DNA from: an uncultured Candidatus Entotheonella sp.
GTDB taxonomy: Bacteria; Tectomicrobia; Entotheonellia; Entotheonellales; Entotheonellaceae
Assembly (NCBI GenBank): GCA_965215335.1
Contig: CBDCDA010000001.1
Location: 32,001 to 96,000 of the forward strand
Direction of reading: 5' to 3'
Length of the DNA: 64,000 nucleotides
Both the position numbers and the translations under genes were made by a program. Below are positions 57,459 to 64,000 of this stretch, one piece after another (position 1 is the stretch's first letter; each line of letters begins with the position of its first letter). The notes under the pieces were generated by a model that saw only the letters and a list, made by a program, of their open reading frames with translations, searched no databases and was not told the DNA's origin.

Positions 57459-59099
57459 ATGGCACGACAACGAGCGACGGGGGGCTTGAACTTCAAGCGG
57501 TGGTTCAAGGTTCACGTGTGGAGCGCCTTGGCTACCTTCGTCCTGATCGTATTCCTCGCCATTACCGGTGTCTTCATCTACCCCCTTGATCAGTTCCGAC
57601 TGCGCGATGTCCATATCCAGTCCGCCTTGCTGCCGCCGCGCTACGAGGTCAACACCTGGGGCGAGCACGTCGAGTCCATCGCGATTACCGACAAGGCCTG
57701 GTTCGCCACGCACCGGCAGGGCGTTTTCCGCAGCCTCGACAGGGGCCGGACATGGCAGGACGTGACCGACGACATCCCCGGCGATTTCGTGGCCGGGGAG
57801 GGCTTGTATCTCCCCGTGCTGGCCGCCAATCCCAGCGACACGCAGATGCTGATGGTCAGCAAGGGCCGCGGCATTGCCTTGTCGATGAACGGCGGCGAGG
57901 ACTGGGCGCCGTACGGGGAGTCCTACGACGAGGATCTGTCGGCCAGCGGCATCGTGCAACTGAGCTTCGCGCCCGGGGGCGTGGCGGTGGCCATCGACGA
58001 GAACGGCTTCGTCTACCAGCGCTTCATGCACCCGGACGAAGACGAGGGCTGGGAGCTCGCCTCCCTCGCCCCGCCGTTGGGCGAGACACAGGTCGTCGGC
58101 AAGCTGGATTGGACGACCGTGGCACTCAATCTGCACAACGGTCAGGTGTTCCTGGAAAACGACTGGTGGTGGGTGAACCACGCCTTTGCGCTGCTGCTCA
58201 TCGGGCTCGCCTACACGGGCGTGACGCTGTGGTGGCGCCGCACGCAGAAACGGCGGTACGGCCTGAACACCCCGCGCCCGGCGAGTCACTGGTATTTCCG
58301 GCACCTGCATCGCGTCGGCGGCCTGGTCAGCTGGCCGCTGCTCTACCTGCTGCCGGTCAGCGGCGTCCTGCTGCTGCACATCGTCGATTTCTCCGTCTTT
58401 GCCCATCATGGCCCGCCGGCGGCGTGGTTCCCCGAACGTTTCGACACGAACCGCTGGAAGGGTCCGGTCTACCTGAATCTGCGCGCCCTGGCGATCAGCC
58501 GCAGCAACCCGGCCCACATGTGGGCCGGTCATACCTACGGCCTGTTCGCTACCGAGGATGGCGGGGAGACCTGGACGCCGGTCGGCGAGACGTTCAGTGC
58601 CGAGGTTCTCAAGCACATCGATCACCTGTACGTCGGCCCCGGCTGGGTGAATTACCTGTACGTCGGCAACGCGCGCGGCCTGCAGGTGAGCCGCAATTTC
58701 GGCGGCCAGTGGACACGCCTGCTGGAGCAGCCCATCGACGCGCTGTACGCCGACCGTCAGGCGTTGCATGTGGTTTCCGGCAATACCCTGTTGTCGCAGC
58801 GGATGACCAGCCTGGTCGCGCTCAAGCCGCCGCCGTGGGCGGAAACGCCCTTGGCGCCGCCCTACGGTCCGCAGCGCTCGGTGCGGGCCACCACGCTGTA
58901 CCAGCTGCTGCACGATGCCCACAGCGGCGAGCTGTTCGGAACCTGGTTCAAGTACGTGTTGGACGTTGTCGCCATTCTCATGATGGTGCAAGCCGTAACG
59001 GGTCTGGTATTGTGGGTGGTTCCGCGCTGGCGCCGGTGGCGGGCCCGGCATCAGACTCGCGAGAGGAGATTCGCGCATGCAGCCCATGCCAGCAATTGA
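57459..59099 (+). CDS. PepSY-associated TM domain protein with Asp-box (BNR) repeat inserts, internally duplicated
   Basis: Two PepSY-TM units (KVHVW...ITG...LHNG and HLHRVGG...VSG...DAHSG) with SLDRGRTW, SMNGGEDW, TEDGGETW and SRNFGGQW boxes. Confidence 0.75.
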   Translation: MARQRATGGLNFKRWFKVHVWSALATFVLIVFLAITGVFIYPLDQFRLRDVHIQSALLPPRYEVNTWGEHVESIAITDKAWFATHRQGVFRSLDRGRTWQDVTDDIPGDFVAGEGLYLPVLAANPSDTQMLMVSKGRGIALSMNGGEDWAPYGESYDEDLSASGIVQLSFAPGGVAVAIDENGFVYQRFMHPDEDEGWELASLAPPLGETQVVGKLDWTTVALNLHNGQVFLENDWWWVNHAFALLLIGLAYTGVTLWWRRTQKRRYGLNTPRPASHWYFRHLHRVGGLVSWPLLYLLPVSGVLLLHIVDFSVFAHHGPPAAWFPERFDTNRWKGPVYLNLRALAISRSNPAHMWAGHTYGLFATEDGGETWTPVGETFSAEVLKHIDHLYVGPGWVNYLYVGNARGLQVSRNFGGQWTRLLEQPIDALYADRQALHVVSGNTLLSQRMTSLVALKPPPWAETPLAPPYGPQRSVRATTLYQLLHDAHSGELFGTWFKYVLDVVAILMMVQAVTGLVLWVVPRWRRWRARHQTRERRFAHAAHASN

Positions 59100-59781
59100 T
59101 GCTCAGCATCCCGTTCGCACCCCGCTCACCCGCGTCGCCGGCTTCGCCTGCGCGGCGCTCCTGCTGATGTCGGCCGGCGCCGGCTTCGTGCACGCCGCCA
59201 AACGGACCGCTCCGCCGGCGCAGGCCGTCAAGGCATTCGCGGCCGCCAAGGACGGCGGCGACGGCGCGGCCATTCTCGCTCTCTACGACCAATATGCCGC
59301 GCAGGACGACAAGGCCGGTGCCTTGGCGATCCTTTATGCCGGGCTAGGGGAGGCGGTACTGCAGGATTGCGACGATCAGCAAGCCCGGCCGCTCCTCGAC
59401 GCGGCGCAGGCGGCGCTGCTGAACATGACGGACAAGGCCGCCCGCAAGGAAATCTACAAGGCGGTGCGCCGACATCTCGACTGGCGCGTGCGCGCCATGC
59501 TGCTTAATATTGCGCGCCTCCGTTACCCAGAGGAAAGACGGGCGGAAAAAGCCATCCTCATCGCGCTGACCGATCACGTGGACGCCGTCGCCATCCGGGC
59601 TGTTGAAATCGCCGTGGAACTGGAGATCAAGCGCGCCGTGCCCAAGCTCATCAAGCTCGTCATGGACAAGTGGGGGCAGCACGTCGGCGTCGGCGCCGCC
59701 AAGGCCAAGGTGGCGCTGGAGCAACTGACCGGTCATACGAAACCGACGGCGTGGTACGAATGGGTCAGCCGGAACCTGTGA
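59077..59781 (+). CDS. Exported alpha-helical protein with HEAT-like repeats
   Basis: Hydrophobic leader ending VHA. LIALTDHVDAVAIRAVE, AVPKLIKL and ALEQLTG patterns. Start uncertain. Confidence 0.6.
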   Translation: MQPMPAIDAQHPVRTPLTRVAGFACAALLLMSAGAGFVHAAKRTAPPAQAVKAFAAAKDGGDGAAILALYDQYAAQDDKAGALAILYAGLGEAVLQDCDDQQARPLLDAAQAALLNMTDKAARKEIYKAVRRHLDWRVRAMLLNIARLRYPEERRAEKAILIALTDHVDAVAIRAVEIAVELEIKRAVPKLIKLVMDKWGQHVGVGAAKAKVALEQLTGHTKPTAWYEWVSRNL

Positions 59782-60752
59782 GGCGGCCGCTTGCTTTCCT
59801 GGGCGCTTTGGCGCTCTGCGTCGCCTTCGGGTATCCCGTCTGGGCCGATACCGGCTGGTTCGGGGAGCGCATGCCCGACGTCCTGGTCACCGGCGTGGCG
59901 CACGGTGACTATGTTCATAGCGGCGACGGCGCCGCTATGGTGTACGTGCCGGCAGGATACTTTCTGCGTGGCACCGCCAGGGCACGGGCGGAGGCGTTGA
60001 GCCGGCAGTTCGGGGACTTCTTCATGGTTGAAACGCCGCAGCGCTCGATTTACCTGTCGGCCTACTACATCGACAAGTTCGAGGTCACGAACCGGCAATA
60101 CGGCATGTTTCTGGAGGCGCTCAAACGCGGCGACCGCCACTCCCTGCACCCCGACGCGCCATTCGACAAGGACTATACCCCGACCTACTGGCGCGACAGC
60201 CGCCTCAACGGTCCCGATCACCCGGTCACCGCGGTGGACTGGTACGACGCCGATGCCTACTGTCGCTGGGCCGGCAGGGAACTGCCCACCGAAGCGCAGT
60301 GGGAAAAGGCGGCGCGCGGCCCGGACGGGCTGGCGTATCCGTGGGGCGATGCCTGGCGGGCAGATTACTCCAACAACGTCGAATCGACGTTCGGGCACCC
60401 GGTTCTCGGCGACCGGCAATGGGTGCTGCTGCTGGGAAATCTGGACCTCGACGCCATGACGGGGTTTACCCGGCCGGTCGGCAGCTTCCCGCAAGGCATC
60501 AGTCCCTACGGCGCGCACGACATGGGCGGCAACCTCTGGGAGTGGGTCCGCGACCGTTACATCAAGGACTCCTACCACGCGGCGCCGTCACACGATCCAC
60601 CCGGACCGACGAACGTCTCGCCGTATCGCGTGCTGCGCGGTGGCTGCTGGAGCAGCCACCGTGGTAAAATCCGCGCCGCCTACCGCAATTACGACCTGGC
60701 TGCCGACCGCCACCTGGAAATCGGCTTCCGCTGCGCCTTGGCAGCCGAATAA
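59778..60752 (+). CDS. FGE-sulfatase (SUMF1/PvdO-like) domain protein, exported
   Basis: GTG start overlapping the upstream stop. MVYVPAG, IDKFEVTN, LPTEAQWEKAARG, DMGGNLWEW, RVLRGG, IGFRC. Confidence 0.9.
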   Translation: MRRPLAFLGALALCVAFGYPVWADTGWFGERMPDVLVTGVAHGDYVHSGDGAAMVYVPAGYFLRGTARARAEALSRQFGDFFMVETPQRSIYLSAYYIDKFEVTNRQYGMFLEALKRGDRHSLHPDAPFDKDYTPTYWRDSRLNGPDHPVTAVDWYDADAYCRWAGRELPTEAQWEKAARGPDGLAYPWGDAWRADYSNNVESTFGHPVLGDRQWVLLLGNLDLDAMTGFTRPVGSFPQGISPYGAHDMGGNLWEWVRDRYIKDSYHAAPSHDPPGPTNVSPYRVLRGGCWSSHRGKIRAAYRNYDLAADRHLEIGFRCALAAE

Positions 60753-60792
60753 CGATTGCTTGCACCGCTCATTTTCACAAGGAGAACACCCC

Positions 60793-61443
60793 ATGCCAAC
60801 CAAGGGCACCGGTATCTTTCTGGTCTACACGGACGTCGACTCGCGACACGAAGACGAATTCAACGACTGGTACAATACCGAGCACCTCCCCGAATTGCTC
60901 GCCGTGCCCGGCATTCTGGCCGCGGCGCGCTACGAAGCCGTCAAGGGCGGTCCGAAGTACCTCGCCGCCTACGAGATCGAAAATACCGATGTCCTGCAAA
61001 CCCCGGCCTTCAAGAACCGCCCTCGCACCCCGTGGGGCGAGCGCGTGTCGCCCACCGTCATCGGCAGGAACCTGACCCGCGTCGTCGGCCAGCAGATTTT
61101 CCCCGAGCAGGCGGAAATGCCGGAGCGCAGCATGGCCCCCTGCCTGCAGATCGGCCGCATGTCGGTGCCGCAGGCGGTCGACGCCGAATGGAACGCCTGG
61201 TACAGCGACGAATACGTGCCCGGCTACCGCAAGGTGCCGGGAGTCATCTACGCCCGCCGCTACCGCGTCATCGACGGCGCCATCGGCTACGCCACCGTCT
61301 ACGAATTCGAGCACGACAAGGTCCCCGAGACCGACGCCTGGCACGACCAGCGCCAGAATTCCTCGCCGAGATCCGAACGCATGCGGCAGGCCATGACGCA
61401 CGCCGAGGGCTCGCCGGGCGTTTATCGTCGCACCGATCCTTAG
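60793..61443 (+). CDS. Two-domain dimeric alpha/beta-barrel (EthD/DUF4286-like) protein
   Basis: Repeated EFNDWYNTEHLPELLAVPGILAAARY / EWNAWYSDEYVPGYRKVPGVIYARRY. Confidence 0.7.
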   Translation: MPTKGTGIFLVYTDVDSRHEDEFNDWYNTEHLPELLAVPGILAAARYEAVKGGPKYLAAYEIENTDVLQTPAFKNRPRTPWGERVSPTVIGRNLTRVVGQQIFPEQAEMPERSMAPCLQIGRMSVPQAVDAEWNAWYSDEYVPGYRKVPGVIYARRYRVIDGAIGYATVYEFEHDKVPETDAWHDQRQNSSPRSERMRQAMTHAEGSPGVYRRTDP

Positions 61444-61611
61444 AAATTTGGCGGCACGTCACCCTGGCGAAAAGCCTCTCCCCCGCACTTGACAGGGGGC
61501 CGGGGGCAGAGGTTTTTCACCGCCGGATTCCGGCTTTTGCCGGAAGGACCAGGAGAACATGTCGGCCATTCATGCGGAGGAACCTGTTCCCCGTCACCCG
61601 GAGGCCACCCG

Positions 61612-62631
61612 ATGCCAACCCAACTCTACGTCTCACTGCAAGGCGACGATTGCATCCGCCGCTTCGACCTGGACCCACAAACCGGCAGGCTCGACCCTCT
61701 TGATCCGGTCGCCGCTCCCGGTGGACCGGCTCCCATGGCGGTCGACCCGCGGGGCCGATTCTTGCATGTCGGTCGCCGCGGCGTCTGTCAGGTGTCCAGC
61801 TTTCGCATCGACCCGCAGACCGGCAACCTGGTCCTGATCGGCGTCGTGCCGCTCGACGCCGAACCTTGTTACCTGGCCATGGACCAGCAAGGCAAATTTC
61901 TGTTTTCCGCCTATTACGCTGCCGGCAAGGCCGCGGTGCACCCCGTTGACGGCAACGGCGCTGTCAGCACCCCACCCATCGAATGGCTGGATACCGCCAC
62001 CGGCGCGCATGCCCTGCAGACGGACCCGAGCAACCGGTTTGCCTTCGTACCTCACATCGCGGGCAATGGTCCCAATGCAATTTTTCAGTTTCGCTTCGAC
62101 GCGCAAACGGGCCGTCTGATCCCCAACACCCCCGCCCGGCTCACCCCGCCTGAGCCGGTGGGACCGCGGCACTTCTGCTTTCATCCCCGCAAGGCCATCG
62201 TGTATGTTTCCAACGAGCAGGGTTGCAGCGTCACCGCCTACGCGCTCGACACCGCGGCGGGCACGCTGAGCGCTTTGCAAACTGTTTCCACCCTACCGGA
62301 AGACTTCGACGGTGACAACACCTGCGCCCAGATACACATGACGCCGTCGGGTCGCATGCTCTTCGCCCCGAACCGCGGCCACAACAGCATGGCCTGCTTC
62401 GCCGTTGACGCCGACACGGGCGCCCTGGCACCCACCGACCGCATTGCCACCGAACCCGTACCGCGCGCCTTCGGGATCGATCCCAGCGGCGAGTTTCTCT
62501 ACGCCGCCGGCCTCGAATCCGGCCGTCTCGCCGCCTACCGTATCGACGCCGATAACGGCACCCTGCATCACCTGGACACCTGCGACGTCGGCAGCACCCC
62601 CATGTGGGTGACGATTCTGTCGCGTCCGTAA
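61612..62631 (+). CDS. pgl: 6-phosphogluconolactonase (beta-propeller lactonase)
   Basis: AH...DP, GPRHFCFHP, YVSNE, NRGHNS, PRAFGIDPSG. Confidence 0.85.
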   Translation: MPTQLYVSLQGDDCIRRFDLDPQTGRLDPLDPVAAPGGPAPMAVDPRGRFLHVGRRGVCQVSSFRIDPQTGNLVLIGVVPLDAEPCYLAMDQQGKFLFSAYYAAGKAAVHPVDGNGAVSTPPIEWLDTATGAHALQTDPSNRFAFVPHIAGNGPNAIFQFRFDAQTGRLIPNTPARLTPPEPVGPRHFCFHPRKAIVYVSNEQGCSVTAYALDTAAGTLSALQTVSTLPEDFDGDNTCAQIHMTPSGRMLFAPNRGHNSMACFAVDADTGALAPTDRIATEPVPRAFGIDPSGEFLYAAGLESGRLAAYRIDADNGTLHHLDTCDVGSTPMWVTILSRP

Positions 62632-62683
62632 GGTATTCCCTCCCTCATTTGCCGGAAAGGGTCAGGGAAGGAGGAATTCGCCA

Positions 62684-63551
62684 TCACACCTCAAACACGG
62701 AGCGCCAGCGCTCGTAAGCGTCGCGGTACGCGGGCAATGCCCCGGGCTCCGGTTCGACAACCCGCAGTTGCCATTGACCACGCAGCGCCTCGGCCGCCTC
62801 GCGGTACAAACCGGCCCCAAGGCCGGCGGCGCGGGCGGCGCCTTGGGCGCCGTCGGTATCGTACAACTCGAGACGGGCGCCGGTGAGGGTGGCGAAGGCG
62901 CTGCAGAACAGCGGGCTGAGGAACAGATTGGCGGCAGCGGCGCGCACGGTCCGGGTTTCCAGGCCGAGGCCGTGCATCGTCCGCAGGCCGTGATGCAGGG
63001 CGAAGACGATGCCCTCCTGGGCACCCCGCAGCAGGCGGGCGTGGGTGTGGCGGTTGAAATCGAGGCCGTCGAGGCGCGCGCCGGTGCGGCGGTCTTGCAG
63101 CAGGCGCTCGGCGCCGTTGCCGAACGGCAACAGGGACAGCCCATCGGCGCCGATGGGTGCCGTTTCGAGGCCGTGAAATTTCCCGGCGCGTTGAGCAGGT
63201 GCCGCATGCACACGGCCTCGCCCAACGCCTCGAACGCCCGGCGGCCAATGTCCACCGCGCGGCTGTCGCACCACAGAATGGCCGGGCCAGGGACCCGCAA
63301 GGCGCGGTCCACCAGTACCAGGCCGTGCATCTGGTACGACAGCCCGATGGCCCTGACCGCCTGCAGCGCCGCCGGGTGTGTGATGGCAAATTGTCGGGTA
63401 GCCGCACACACATGCGTCCACCACACCTCGGGGTCCTGCTCCGCCCAGCCGGCGAGACCGCCGAGCCCAGCACCGCGCCGCTGTCCGCTTCAACCAGCGC
63501 CGCCTTGATCGCCGAACTGCCGACATCGTAGCCCAACAGGTAACCCGCCAT
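62684..63551 (-). pseudogene. FGGY-family carbohydrate kinase (xylulokinase-like), frameshifted with a large internal deletion
   Basis: LGYDVGSSAIKA, GWAEQDP..WW...YQMHG...WCDSR...GNFTASK, and LPFGNGAER...QEGI...GAARAAG lie in three frames; the centre is missing. Confidence 0.88.
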
Positions 63552-63742
63552 GCCGCCTCCGCACACAGGGTCCAGGAGCGTCTTGCGGGGCATTTTACAG
63601 CTGCCGGCTGTCTCCCGCGAGACGGGCGTATTCGGCCGCCCAGGGATTGCGTCATTTCCGCAAGTTGTGGTTTGATGATGAGGAATAGCCAGCTATCAGG
63701 ACACGACACGTGGATTGCGAACGCAGTACGGAAGGAGAGACA

Positions 63743-64000
63743 TTGGATGGCAGGGACATCTCAAAAGGCAGGCGCAGGTCCGTGGTCGTGTTCCTTGCCC
63801 TGCTGCTCGGGTTCGGGTTCGCGGTCGGGGCAGCGACAGGGCAGGAGAGTCCGTCGGCTGAACGCGGCGCCTATGTGTTCCGCGCTGCGGGCGGCTGCAG
63901 TTGTCACACCGACGTAAAGAACGAGGGGCCCTTCATGGCGGGCGGGAGGCCTATCGCCACACCGTTCGGAACGATTTACAGCACGAATATCACACCCGAT
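63743..64000 (+). CDS. Cytochrome c (gluconate/alcohol dehydrogenase cytochrome-subunit-like), N-terminal part
   Basis: Not in the ORF track. TTG after AAGGAG, signal peptide, ERGAYVFRAAGGCSCHT...MAGGRPIATPFGTIYSTNITPD. Confidence 0.85.
   Translation, partial: MDGRDISKGRRRSVVVFLALLLGFGFAVGAATGQESPSAERGAYVFRAAGGCSCHTDVKNEGPFMAGGRPIATPFGTIYSTNITPD

Noticed and set aside
61456..61550. Imperfect hairpin region upstream of pgl as an ncRNA
   Set aside because: It looks like a degenerate REP-type repeat, is single copy here, and matches no RNA family I recognise.

Overview
GC-rich bacterial window with a metabolic and transport backbone: acnA (partial), class I DAHP synthase, sugar and peptide ABC components, a TRAP system, cobS, moaA, pgl, two different leuC/leuD-type pairs, three luciferase-like monooxygenases and a molybdopterin oxidoreductase. 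The gene mix (Uma2 paralogues, LLMs, TRAP, many IS and TA remnants) resembles host-associated bacteria such as sponge symbionts, but this is inference only. A heavily rearranged accessory zone at about 27.7-52.6 kb holds a triple-nested IS stack (IS1182-like, then IS66, then ISAzo13, with inverted repeats visible for all three and target duplications for the inner two), further IS701-, IS5-, IS481- and IS3-type copies, a low-GC Dam-type methylase/SacI-family endonuclease pair beside a MutS-ATPase gene, and a HEPN-MNT pair. Several genes are decaying by internal deletion (APE2256-type CARF, VapC, FGGY kinase). The best candidates for undescribed biology are: (i) a coupled operon of a doubled PepSY-TM/Asp-box membrane protein, an exported helical protein and a non-catalytic FGE-like protein; (ii) a 7/11-residue coiled-coil gene bracketed by a diverged ~130-bp duplication of its neighbour's 5' end; (iii) a cytochrome c with a contracted CxCH haem motif; (iv) a Rieske-leuD-leuC-LLM operon in reversed order; (v) a stand-alone GlmU-like beta-helix protein. 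No CRISPR array, rRNA or tRNA was seen. All family calls come from motif recognition by eye, not database searches.
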